A stretch of 64,000 nt of DNA from Macrostomum hystrix (Eukaryota; Animalia; Platyhelminthes). The DNA is taken from assembly GCA_950097015.1 (NCBI GenBank), contig CATNEN010000011.1, positions 4,588,001 to 4,652,000 of the forward strand. The letters run 5' to 3'. The stretch's first letter is position 1. Every line of letters starts with the position of its first letter. The notes under the pieces were generated by a model, which did not search any database, was not told the origin of the DNA, and worked only from the letters and a program-made list of their open reading frames with translations. Shown in pieces: positions 13,869 through 26,400 of this stretch. Made by a program: the position numbers and the translations under genes.

Positions 13869-16800
13869 ATGTCCAAGTTCAAGAGTCCAACAGGCGAGAC
13901 GCAGCTCGTAAATGCCAGACGCACCGAGTCGCTTGACGCGCCGCATATCGAACAGCTGATCAAGGAGGAGACACTGCAGCTGTTTGGCCAGGTCAGCGTT
14001 GTTGAGATCATGTGAGTCCATCTGGCATTCAGATTCACTTTTAATTTAATTAATACAAGTGATCTAATGACCCAACCTGATCTCTAATGACCCAACCTGA
14101 TCTCTAATGACCCAACCTGATCTCTAATGACCCAACCTGATCTCTAATGACCCAACCTGATCTCTAATGACCCAACCTGATCTCTAATGACCCAACCTGA
14201 TCTCTAATGACCCAACCTGATCTCGAGTGACCCAATCTGATCTTGAATGACTCAACTTGATCTCTAATGACCCAACCTGATCTCTAATGACCCAACCTGA
14301 TCTCTAATGACCCAACCTGATCTCTAATGACCCAACCTGATCTCTAATGACCCAACCTGATCTCTAATGACCCAACCTGATCTCGAGTGACCCAATCTGA
14401 TCTTGAATGACTCAACTTGATCTCTAATGACCCAACCTGATCTCTAATGACCCAACCTGATCTCTAATGACCCAACCTGATCTCTAATGACCCAACCTGA
14501 TCTCTAATGACCCAACCTGATCTCTAATGACCCAACCTGATCTCTAATGACCCAACCTGATCTCGAGTGACCCAATCTGATCTTGAATGACTCAACTTGA
14601 TCTCTAATGACCCAACCTGATCTCTAATGACCCAACCTGATCTCTAATGACCCAACCTGATCTCGAGTGACCCAATCTGATCTTGAATGACTCAACTTGA
14701 TCTCTAATGACCCAACCTGATCTCTAATGACCCAACCTGATCTCTAATGACCCAACCTGATCTCGAGTGACCCAATCTGATCTTGAATGACTCAACTTGA
14801 TCTCTAATGACCCAACCTGATCTCTAATGACCCAACCTGATCTCTAATGACCCAACCTGATCTCTAATGACCCAACCTGATCTCTAATGACCCAACCTGA
14901 TCTCTAATGACCCAACCTGATCTCGAGTGACCCAATCTGATCTTGAATGACTCAACTTGATCTCTAATGACCCAACCTGATCTCTAATGACCCAACCTGA
15001 TCTCTAATGACCCAACCTGATCTCTAATGACCCAACCTGATCTCTAATGACCCAACCTGATCTCTAATGACCCAACCTGATCTCTAATGACCCAACCTGA
15101 TCTCTAATGACCCACATAATCTCTAGTGACCTCCAATCTGGTCTCTAATGATTCAATATGAACTTTCTTTCAGCCCACCCTGACCCTCGATGACCCACCC
15201 TGACCCTCGATGACCCACCCTGACCCTCGATGACCCTCTGTGACCATCCCTAAACCTCTAAAATTCAAATAATCATACAAATACCTCCACAATTAACACT
15301 TTTCAGAGAAAAAGCCCTTCTAGCTGTTGTCCTTAGCAACCAGGAGGGTGAAATCATCGCCCACGCTGCATTCTTCGACTACCCGAACAAGCCGAACACA
15401 AGCCGGCGCAACTACAAGACCGACTGGGAGTCCTGGCTCGCTGCCTCCTACGATGTGAAGGGCTGCAATTCGTTGAACACATTTTTCCTGCACCTGTTTG
15501 TTGCCAAGGAGGGCTACGAGATACCCGCAGCCGAGGAGATCATCAGGACGGCCTTCAATGCTGTGCCAGATTTGCACTTTATCTTCCTGCTGGTGAACTC
15601 GGGAACTTATCCCAGTGAGTCCCAGTTGAACTTCAGGTCCTGAATGAACTTCCAAAAACAGAACTTCAGGTCCTGAATGAACTTCCCAAATTGAACTTCG
15701 GGTCCTGAATGAACTTCCCAAATTGAACTTCAGGTCCTGAATGAACTTCCTTCTTTATCTAAAAAACTAAAATAATCCTACAGACGCAGCTCTAGACCGT
15801 CAGTTCATTCAGTGCGAGCCCCGCGAGGGCGGTCACCACCCAGCCGACTGCACCGTCTTCGGGCTGCGCCGTCACGAACACGTGCCCATCTTGCACATCC
15901 GGCCAGCCCTGGTTGAAGATCACGACGATCTGACGCCGATCTTCAATCAGCAGAGCGAGATCTTGAAGCGAACCTACGGCGAGTACTTTCTGGCTGAACT
16001 GATCGCCGGGCAAGACGACAGCATGCGCTGCCTCGCCTCTGAGGTCAAAGGCAAAGCGGTCGGCTTCATGAGCGTCACCCGCCAGATCAACCTGGACCTG
16101 CTGAATCAGTGCTACGAGCTGGCGCCTTTCCACGGACTGCGCAAACCGCATCCCGATGATCAGGTGAGGCAGTAAGGTGACTCTCTTAACGGTGCGTCTG
16201 GAAACTCATTGGTAGATCACTGATGTGTGTACTAATCAACAGGTAGATCGCGGATGTGTGTACTAATCAACAGGTAGATCGCGGATGTGTGTACTAATCA
16301 ACAGGTAGATCAAGGATGTGTGTACTAATCAACAGGTAGATCAAGGATGTGTGTACTAATCAACAGGTAGATCATGGATGTGTACGGCCCCTCCAAATCC
16401 CTAAATCACTCCCACGAAGGCACTGCCGCCGAGAACGCCCACGCCAGCTCAGGTGGCCGAAGATCCGGCGCCCACGAAGGGCAAGACGCCCACGCCGCCG
16501 CGATCCACCACCGACGAAGCCGCTCCGGCCGAGGCTGTTGAAACCGAAGAGAAACTGTCAGATGCTGTCGCGGCCAGCGCAAAGAGTTCGTTGCTAGGCG
16601 ACGGAGACGACAAAAGAATCGAAGAAGCCGACGAAGAAGTCGACGAACAGCCGGAGGAGGAAGAGGACGAAGAGGGCATCGTGATGACTCCGATAGCTTC
16701 GCCGAAATCGTTGAGTCCCGAGGTGCCACCGAACACAGCCGCAGCTCGAGTGGCGCGGCACTTCCAGCCAGTTTATCGCGGGGAATCCAATGCAGTCGTC

Positions 16801-19800
16801 ATCCAGCTGTTCGCCATCGCTGAATCCAACGATCCGCGCTCCGTCGACTTTCTGCCGCACGTGTTCCGCCTATTTCCCGACGTCGACTTCGCCATCATCA
16901 CTGTGCCGACGATGGTCCCGGAGTTCTCGCTGCTGCAGAGCTTCGTGCGGGTGACGCCGAAGCCGAACTGCACCCTGAACCAGGAGCTGTACGTGTTTCA
17001 CCGCGGTGGCTTGGCCAGCAATCTGGAAGTGCGCGCGGCCCGACCAGCCGACAGGGCCGCGGTGGCTCGCCTGGTCGCGTCGTTGCGCCTGAAGGCCAGC
17101 CTGTTGAAGGATTTCGACCTGTTTCTGAACTTCAAGCGGGATCCGGTCAAGGTAAGGGTCACAATTTGACGGATTTATCATCATCGATTTACAATAAAGT
17201 TACCCCGGTTTTCTTGTGTACATCTATGGATTCCGAATTGAAAAGTGTACATCTAGGGATTCCCGACATATAATGTACATTCAGGGAATCCCGATTCTTA
17301 AATGTACATTTAGGGAATCCTATTTTCTTAAATGTACATTCAGGGAATCCCGATTCCTTAATGTAGAGTAGGGAATCCCGATTCTTAAACCTCTTAAAGT
17401 AAGGAATCTAAAGGACAACCTATAATAGATAATTCTTTCTTCTTTGCAGGACGGCGAGCAAATCCAGGCCTTCGTGGCGCTGTGCCTCGGCCAGTTGGTC
17501 GGGGTTGGCATCATGCGCAAGGAGGCGGACGCGGACGCTATGTACATGCGCTCGCACTACAATATCGAAGACTTCGTGTACTACAACCATCACAGAAAGG
17601 ATGAACACGCTAGACTCTACCATCTGGCGATCAATCCGATCTTCAATCACTTCTCAAAGCTTTTTATCAAGGTGAGATTATACGCGCATCGCTAATGCGC
17701 GCATCAAAGGAATTTGTGCTTTGGAATGTACATTAGATGTCTACATTATACATGTAGATTATATACTGATAATAATAATGGCACATCATTTGGTGACACT
17801 AGACCCGAAGCCAGCGAGGAGGCAATTCTGCCTTTTTTTTCCTGACTCCTGGGAACACAGGCACACACATAGTGTACGCAAGCACACGCTCGCCCACATG
17901 TGTGTACATCTGCCCAGACTTTCTCATCGTCAGACAGTGTACACTCTCACTGTGCCTTGGAGGTTGTACCTGAAGGGCGGAAATTGCGCAAAGTTGTACA
18001 AAATGAACTTGGCCTCGCCGCGGAATCGAGCTTAGGACAATAGCGCGAGAGGCAAACACGTTAACCGCTCTGCCACTGAGCCCTTAATGTTCATTAGGTA
18101 TGAGCATATAAATTAGAATTAACAAATTTGGAATTAAGAATGCAGATAGAAATCTTGCAGTTCACTTTGCCAACTTCAATAACCAATCACAAACAGGAGA
18201 TGATGCGTCTCGGCGACAAGACTTGCCTCAGTTATCCAGTCTATCCACAGTCGGCCTCCGAGGAGATTCGGTCGAAGTACAGCCAGCCGACGGCTCTGAG
18301 CTACTTCGTGCCGGTGCGAGCTAGACGCCAGATTCAATACCCGCTGGAGAAGCTCGGCGGCAACGCGCCATCCGAACGGGTCCTGATGGAACAGGAGCCG
18401 TTCGCCCTGAATCACATCAATCGGAAGCTGATCCACGAGCCAAAAGTGACCGTGAACGCTCGAATCGTAGTCGTCGGCGCCTCGTCTACCGGCATCAGCT
18501 TCTTGGAGACTCTGGCCTTCTGTCCGCATCTGAGATTCAACAATTTGATCCTGGTGTCGCCGCACGGACTGCCCGGCGATCTCGAGCCCGATGAGCAGCG
18601 AGAGTGTATGACTTCGTCAAGGTAAGCGAAATGTTGTAATTTTAGCCGGAAATATTTTTGACTCTTAAATTTATTTAAATCAAATTAAATAAAAGTAGGC
18701 ATGCTAGCGAGAGATATTTTTATAACTTGAATGTACATTTATGTAAAGATGTTAATCAGTGCTATTTTTAGGACCTATATATGTACATTATTGTACGCTT
18801 GCTAGCCAGAGCTATTTTTAGAACCTATATATGTACATGAATGTACGTATCCTAGCTAGAGCTATTTTTAGAACATTAGTGTACATCGATGTACAAATTC
18901 TAGCGAGTACTCTTTTTTGAATCAGATTGCAAAGCAATGTACATGGATATGCTAGCCAGTGATATAAAAAAACTGGATGTAAATCACTGTTCAACTAGAG
19001 TCCACCTTATCTCTATCCATCTCTCTCCTCTCAGCCTAATCTACGACAGTCGCGACTACGCCTGCATGTCTCTCCGCACCTGGGTCAGCGTTGTCTACGG
19101 TCGCATGACAAAAATCGATCGCAAGCGCAAAGTGATCATTGTTAACGGCAGCGCTCGAGTACCCTATGACTATCTGATCTTGGCCACCGGCCTGCAGTAC
19201 CAACCGGCGATCCCGTTGGACAAAGCTCCCAGCCAGAAGCAGTTGCTAAGCGCTAAGCGCCTGCCGGCCCATCGGCCGAGGAACATGTTCTGCGTCAATG
19301 ATCCGTTCGATGCGGCGGCCGCCCTTCACTGGCTGGACCGTCGGCTGGACAAGCAGCGACTCGCCGGCAAGCTCATAGTCTATGGCCGAAGTCTGGACGC
19401 CTACGCGTGCGTTCAGGCCCTGCTAGAAGCCGGAGTTCGTTCAGAGAACATTGTTCGAGTGCTTGATCCGGATTCGGTGAGTTGTTGCTAAGGAGAAAGC
19501 TATGGTTGCGAAGGACGCTTAAATTTTACTTGTAAAAATTAAAAACTACTACAAACTCTCTTCTTAAAAAATTCTAGCCGAATCCGTTTGAGCACGACGA
19601 TCACGTTGAGACTCAAGTTGAGACGGCTCTTCATGCGTCGGGCGTAAAGACTCACCGCGGCTACCGCCTGCAGCAGTGGAACGATGGCGATGCCGAGCCG
19701 CGACAACTCGAGCTGCTCAGCTTCGTCAGCGACGAGGAAGGAAAACCGCCTGTTTACCTGGACTGCTGCGTGAGTTGCTGCTGCTGTGGTTCACCAATTC

Positions 19801-22694
19801 TGTCATTGATTCACCAATTCTGTCATTGATTCACCAATTCTGTCATTGATTCACCAATTCTGTCATTGATTCACCAATTTTGTCATTGATTCACCAATTC
19901 TGTCATTGATTCACCAATTCTGTCATTGATTCACCAATTCTGTCATTGATTCACCAATTCTGTCATTGATTCACCAATTCTGTCATTGATTCACCAATTC
20001 TGTCATTGATTCACCAATTCTGTCATTGATTCACCAATTCTGTCATTGATTCACCAATTCTGTCATTGATTCACCAATTCTGTCATTGATTCACCAATTC
20101 TAACAAAAATCTACCGACACTTCTAATAACCATTCTCCGATTTTATCAACTATTCACCTATATTATATTAATCACTCACCGATTCTAGCACTGAGTTACA
20201 CATTTTACACTGTATTCACAAACTTTCACATCAGATAATCGATTTTTCAAATCGAAAAAAAAGTTTTATCCCCGATCCATTTACCAAACCACACCAACAG
20301 GCTCTGTTTGCCTATCAGCGCCTCGGTGTCGACTTTGACTGCTTCACGGCCGTCAACGACGCCTGTTTGGTGTTCGACGGTCGACTAGTGATCGACGCGA
20401 ACTTTCACACCAACGACGTGGCCATCCGGGCCGCCGGGCCGCTCACCAAATTTCAGCGGGCTTATCACGCCGACTCGTGGAGTCACGCCAATTTTAACAG
20501 CCGTCGGGTTGGAGAACAGGTGTGAGATCGACTGCATTTATAACATTTGGCTTTGTTGTCTAACCGGTTACACTCCTGTCTAACAAGTGACACTTCTGTC
20601 TAACCGGTTACACTTCTGTTTAACAGGTGACACTCCTGTATAACAAGTGACACTCCTGTCTAACAAATGACGCACCTGTTTAGCAGGTAAAAACATGTCT
20701 AACGTGTGACACACCTGTCCGACAGATAAAAGACGTGTCTAACAGATAACAGAAATGTCTAACAGGTAACAGACGTGTCTAACAGATAACAGACGTGTCT
20801 AACAGATTTCAGAGGTGTCTAACAGATAACAGACGTGTCTAACAGATAACAGACGTGTCTAACAGGTAACAGAGGTGCTAATGGATAACAGACGTGTCTA
20901 ACAGATAACAGACGTGTCTAACAGATAACAGACGTGTCTAACAGATATCAGACGTGTCTAACAGATATCAGACGTGTCTAACAGATAACAGATGTGTCTA
21001 ACAGATAACAGATGTGTCTAACAGATAACAGACGTGTCTAACAGATATCAAACGTGTCTAACAGATATCAGAAATGTCTAACAGGTAACAAATGTGTCTA
21101 ACAGGTAACAGAGGTGTCTAATGACAGCCTGTCTAAAAAAGCCACCATAGAACGACTTCTTAAATCCCAAAATCGGCACCAACAAAAAACTCCCAATTCA
21201 CGCGCAGCTCGCCCATGCCCTGCTGCGTCTGTTCGATCCGACCCTGGACCAGGACACCGAGCCGCCAGCCGAGCCGGCGAAACTAATTCCCCAGTTCAGC
21301 CACACGCCTAAGATGTTCGGCGCTCGCCTGCCGGGAGCTTATCACTACCTGCACGTGGCCAGCCCCACCATCGCTGATTACCTTCACCCCACTGTGGGCG
21401 ACGAGGGACGCTACCTGAAGACCCTGACTAAGGAGGGTGGCTACTTCAGATTGCACCTTAACCAGTACGACAAGATCGATTCCATCACCTGTCTGAGTCA
21501 TTCGGTGAGTAATCTGAGTGCTAAACATTCTGTACATCCTTCGATCTCGTGTACACTTCCAAGAACATTCTGTACATCCTTTGATCAAACCATCACCCCA
21601 TAGAACATCCTGTACGTCCGTTGATCTATTTCAAACCATTAAACTCAAGTCCACTTGTTTCTAGTCGATAGAAAGGGTAATTTATAATTCATAAATCAAT
21701 CTTAATCGCCAAAAACCGGACCCCATACCGGCAGCCATTTCCGTACAAGAACTACATCCAGCTGTTTGGCCTACACCAGAGGCTACTGAACAATTTGGCC
21801 AGCAGGTTCAAAGAGCGACTGATTCCAGACTTTTTCGAGTGAGTGTAATTACTTTAAGAAATTCGATTCTCAAACACGATGCGTTTCTATTATTGTCATA
21901 AATTAAAATTTGTCACGTTTCAGATTCTTCAGCGAGACCTGGGCCCTGGCCTTCTATCACGACCGATTCCCGGATTTCCGCGACGAATTGCGCGATCTAC
22001 TATCGACTAGGCCGGTAAGTCCGGTGTACTTTTTTAAATTGCTGAATTTTACCGTCGTGCGCTGATTGGCTAGGCGATTCAGTGAAATAAATGTCAGTCA
22101 GAATAGGTCGCTGATTGGCTGAGGGGGGTTAAAAATGCATCGGTTCGCTGATTGGCTGGAAGAGATAAAATCATTCGTTCGCTGATCGGCTAAGAGAGCT
22201 AAAAATAATTCGTGGGCTGATTGGCTTAGCGTGCTAAAATTATATTGCTTCGCTGATTGGCTAAGAGAGCTAAAAAATCATTCGTTCGTTGATTGGCTAA
22301 GAGAGCGAGCTAAAGATTCGTCCTTAAGCTGATTGGTTAAGAGAAAAAAACACAAAAATTGAGAGTAATTTATGTATTTATTTTATTTTATAGGCCAGCG
22401 ACAAGCTCTCCATCGAGGAGCAGATTCGCAAACTGATGGAAGACGAAATCGGGGTAAATTTATCTTTTTTTGTTAAAAATCCTATTCGCACTACTAAACA
22501 CTTTGTTATCAGTAGTATGAACTAAAAACTGTATTTATTACATTAAATTTCAGCTGAGCAATGCTCAGAGAAGCCAGGTGAAGGAGGAATATGCTCGCAG
22601 CGGGGCCAAACGCGCCCTAGAAACCAGATTCCTGAACTACATCAGCTATAATTATTATCATTTGCCGATGTACGCCAAGCCAGAGATGGTCTAA
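13869..22694 (+). CDS. CFAP61: Cilia- and flagella-associated protein 61 (C20orf26/FAP61; calmodulin- and spoke-associated complex)
   Basis: Exons 13869-14011, 15307-15614, 15784-16163, ~16420-17151, 17450-17671, 18197-18621, 19035-19476, 19578-19769, 20301-20519, 21208-21504, 21735-21838, 21924-22014, 22394-22453, 22554-22694 (TAA); GT-AG and phase-compatible. Recognised motifs: ARRTESLD, NTFFLHLFVA..IIRTAFNAVPDLHFIFL, NARIVVVGASSTGISFLETL, VPYDYLILATGLQY, DGRLVIDANFHTND..IRAAGPLTKF, terminal YNYYHLPMYAKP. Confidence 0.95.
14060..15240. repeat. 20-bp array CTGATCTCTAATGACCCAAC with higher-order variant block, then short TGACCCTCGATGACCCACCC array (CFAP61 intron 1)
   Basis: Visible tandem units. 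Confidence 0.95.
15620..15750. repeat. ~32-bp array GAACTTCAGGTCCTGAATGAACTTCCCAAATT
   Basis: About 4 copies in CFAP61 intron 2. Confidence 0.85.
16218..16382. repeat. 31-bp array GATGTGTGTACTAATCAACAGGTAGATCGCG
   Basis: Five copies in CFAP61 intron 3. Confidence 0.9.
17770..18085 (-). mobile_element. Family A SINE in CFAP61 intron
   Basis: Shares tail, tagacccg..gaggaggcaattctgcc, the hairpin region and the head (ggaatcgagc..gaggcaaac..ctctgccac) with the other copies. Confidence 0.85.
19790..20101. repeat. 20-bp array TTCACCAATTCTGTCATTGA
   Basis: Near-perfect tandem units. Confidence 0.95.
20560..21130. repeat. 20-bp array GTGTCTAACAGATAACAGAC
   Basis: Visible tandem units. Confidence 0.92.
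22060..22340. repeat. Degenerate ~40-bp array with conserved GCTGATTGGCT (inverted CCAAT) core
   Basis: Eight cores at ~22061, 22110, 22147, 22181, 22216, 22252, 22288, 22329. Confidence 0.8.
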
Positions 22695-23467
22695 ACACTC
22701 TCGACTAAAGTGGACAGTTATTGGACTTTTATTTTCTGGATTATTTTTGAGGATTTTTATCCCTAAGTTTGTTTTCAAAAGATTCAAATATTTGCTTTCA
22801 CAATGCGCTCCTTAGGGATTTATTGCTTTTGTTTAACAGAATAATATCCATATCAAAGCCATTTATAGAATGAGATGATTTTGCCAGTGTGGCGAATATA
22901 AATGTCCGTGTTACTATGAGTAGCTTGTTTTGGATATTTTATGAATTTATATACTCATTATAAATAAAAAGTTGTTTACAAGGAAAATATACCAAATATG
23001 AAAATAATACACAACTAAATTCAGTTTATAACTAGATTCGCTATTTAGTTGAGCGAAAAACTATAATTTCAAATGACCTTCTGCTCAAACAATTTTCGCA
23101 ACATATCGGCTCAAAATAAATCTAATATACTAAAAATGAAAATCTTGCTTGCTTGCTTTAAGTACTAAATTTGAGTAATTTAAAACTCAGTAGAACGTAC
23201 TCAAAAAACCAATAGTTGTATTAAATAACTACTGTTGCCTGCAGTCTTACAGGCTTATACGAGTATTAAACCTCAAGCTTTTGTGCACTGCAGCTAACAA
23301 GCCACACAAACACCCACACATTCACGTAGAGGCAATAAAACATTCAATCGATTATTTTGACTAAAAAGCTCCCCATTGTTCAAAATACTAAAACACCAAA
23401 CTGCAATGACTTCAGTTTGAATGAAAGCTGAGGGAAAAGCTATTGAGTTTGATTGTAGACGAGGCAA

Positions 23468-26400
23468 ATGCCTGCAATGAAAGTACATCTGCATTTGCTG
23501 CTGCTGCTGCTGCTGCTGCTCCTGCAGACGGCAATTGCTTTTATTCCAGTGGAATGCGCCAGAAAATTGTCGTCATCAGTTGCAGGCCAGCCCGTCAGAT
23601 GCTGTCCGAACAGCTGCGGAGGTCCCAGCCGGGGTGTCTGCTGGCGGGTTGAGCTGGCTTCGCCTGAGAAGGAATTCTTGGGACTGCCGGACGACTCACC
23701 GCTGCTCAGAGACGACCGGCTCGACTGGCCCCTGAGATTCTTCAGCCATCTCTGCCGATGTCTGGGCCAACGATTCGGCGTCAGCTGCGAGTCCTGCAAG
23801 CCGGGCTGGGCGGGACCTGAGTGCCAGCGGCGGCTCGAGCCCCGACTCAGGCGCAATCTCACCAGTTTGAGCAGAGGCGAAAGAAAAAAACTACAAAAAC
23901 TGATGATTTTGAGTCGATCAGAGAAAGCTGGCACAGATTTTGCTCTGCTGATTGAAGACGGGCAGAAATCAAAGTCGGATCCATTGAGGCGACCGAGATT
24001 TCTCTACGGCCAGTCTTTGCACTATTATTTGGTGCACTTGCACTTTTATTCTCAACGAGGAACACTGTCGGTTCCGAAGGATCAGTGCGAGAGATCCCAG
24101 CTGCACTTTAACTTTAATCATCAGGTTTGTGACGAACTCTTGGAGTCTGGGGGGTGAGTGGCAGAGCGGTTCCTCGCACCAAGGTCCCTGAGCTCGATTC
24201 CGCGCGCGAGGCCACATTCATTTGGGGCGCAGCCGCGGAGAGAAGGCTTGGGGGCTTGTCTCTCTATCTATCTATTTGCAGGGGGGCCCGGGGCACTTGT
24301 CGCACAAGCGACGGAGCGGCACGCCCCCAGACCGGCGAACTAGGCGCTTAGCGCCCATCGCGCCACCTCCCCTGAGCAGGCACCACACACAGCAGCACAG
24401 ACCAACCAAGGAGGGCAGGAGGCACCCAGAATAGGCAGCAGTGCCCCCCACCCCAGCCCCACACGCACAGAGCAGACCAAGCCGGGGCGGAAGGCTGATA
24501 AGAAATCAGTCCTCGGGGGGGTGATGAGTGTACACTTATCCAATCGCGCTGACGGAAGTCCAGAAAGCGCGCGGCGGTGTACACCCGCCCCCCAGCCACC
24601 CCCCAAGGCCTCACGCCCCAGCGCCAACGCACACAACTCACACAACGCAGAACAGGCACACAGAAGGTAGGAGCGAAGCTATTATTTCAAGCTTTGATTG
24701 CACGAAATATGGTGCACCTCCGCCGGTCGCTACTGTCAAAACCCACCAAAAAGCCCCGAAATTAATCGTGACTTGAAGGGAGAATCGAACTAGCGTCCTT
24801 TGGAGTGCGAAGCAGCGACGCTAGCCGCTGACCCACTCGCCCCTTTGGGGGCTTGTTGTGCAATTTACGCCATTGAGGGCCAACTTCCAAGGCACAGTGA
24901 AATGTACACTACCTGACGATGAGAAAGTCAGGGCAGATGTACAAACCTGTGAGAGCGTGTGCCTGCGTACGGTATCTGTGTGCGTGTGTGCTCAGGAGTC
25001 AGGTTTCGAGTCTAGTGTCACCAAATGATGTGCCAGAGACCACAGCCCTCCTGTAATAATAATAGTAATTATTATTATTATTATTATTATATTAATTCAT
25101 GAAATCTAAGGTTTCGAGAACTCCTATCAATGGAATCCCAGATTGCTAGAAAAATTAAGATCCCATATTCTCAGATTTAAAAAAGTTTAAATAAAAAAAA
25201 CACCCCAAAGACGTAAAAACCCAGATAAAAAATCCTACATTTACAAAATCCCATATTTTTCGAAAATCCCTAATTTCTTGACAATTCTAGAGTTTTAAAA
25301 CAATCGGAAAAAAAATCCCAATGTTTATATCCTAAATTTGTTAAAGAATCTAGATTTTCTAAAGCATCCCTGATAAAAAAAATCATACATAAAAATCCCA
25401 GATTTACGAATCCCAAGTTAAAAATCCCAGATTTACGAATCCCAAGTTAAAAATCCCAGATTTACGAATCCCAAGTTAAAAATCCCAGATTTAAGAATCC
25501 CAAGTTAAAAATCCCAGATTTACGAATCCCAAGTTAAAAATCCCAGATTTACGAATCCCAAGTTAAAAATCCCAGATTTAAAAGTGATCCCAGATCATCA
25601 CGGAATTTTTCCATGCCTAAAATTCCCGCCATAGGGCAACAATTTCCTGCCGTGGCACCGCTACTTTCTCCTGGTCTGGGAGCAGGCCCTGCAAAGACTG
25701 GCCGCACGGCAGCTGAATTATCCAGACTTCGCTCTGCCCTACTGGGACTGGACAGACGCAACCGCCTGCGGTCTGGTGTGCTCCGAAGATCTGTTTGGAT
25801 TGAACCATTCGAAGAGTCCGTTCAAAGATTGGATTGAGCTGTGCTCAACTCAATTCGGTCACGACGGCGCCTGCTTCGGCTGCATGGAGAAACGGAACGG
25901 GCCGAGAAGGAAGCTTTCCAGGCACTGGATGGGCGACCAGTTCCCCACCAGAAAGGAGGTGTTCTTTGCCGCGACCAGGTCAGCTCAGGAAGGGAAGATG
26001 AGGGGGAGAGTGATGGGGAGAGTGAAGGGGAAATGATGGGGATAATGAAGGGGTGATTGTTGGGGAGAATCAAGGGGAAATGATGGGGATAATGAAGGGG
26101 TGATTGTTGGGGAGAATGAAGGGGAAATGATGGGGATAATGAAGGGGTGATTGTTGGGGAGAATCAAGGGGAAATGATGGGGATAATGAAGGGGTGATTG
26201 TTGGGGAGAATGAAGGGAAAATGATGGGGATAATAAAGGGGAGATTGTTGGGGAGAATGAAGGGGAAATGATGGGGATAATGAAGGGGAGATTGTTGGGG
26301 AGAATGAAGGAGAGAATAAAGAAAATAATAAAGAGGAGTATGAATGGGAGAATGAAGGGGATAATAAAGTCGAGAATGAATAGGAGAATTAAGGGGAGAA

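Noticed and set aside
16218-22340. CRISPR-like repeat-spacer arrays
   Set aside because: Eukaryotic intronic context, spacers related to each other or absent, and no cas genes.
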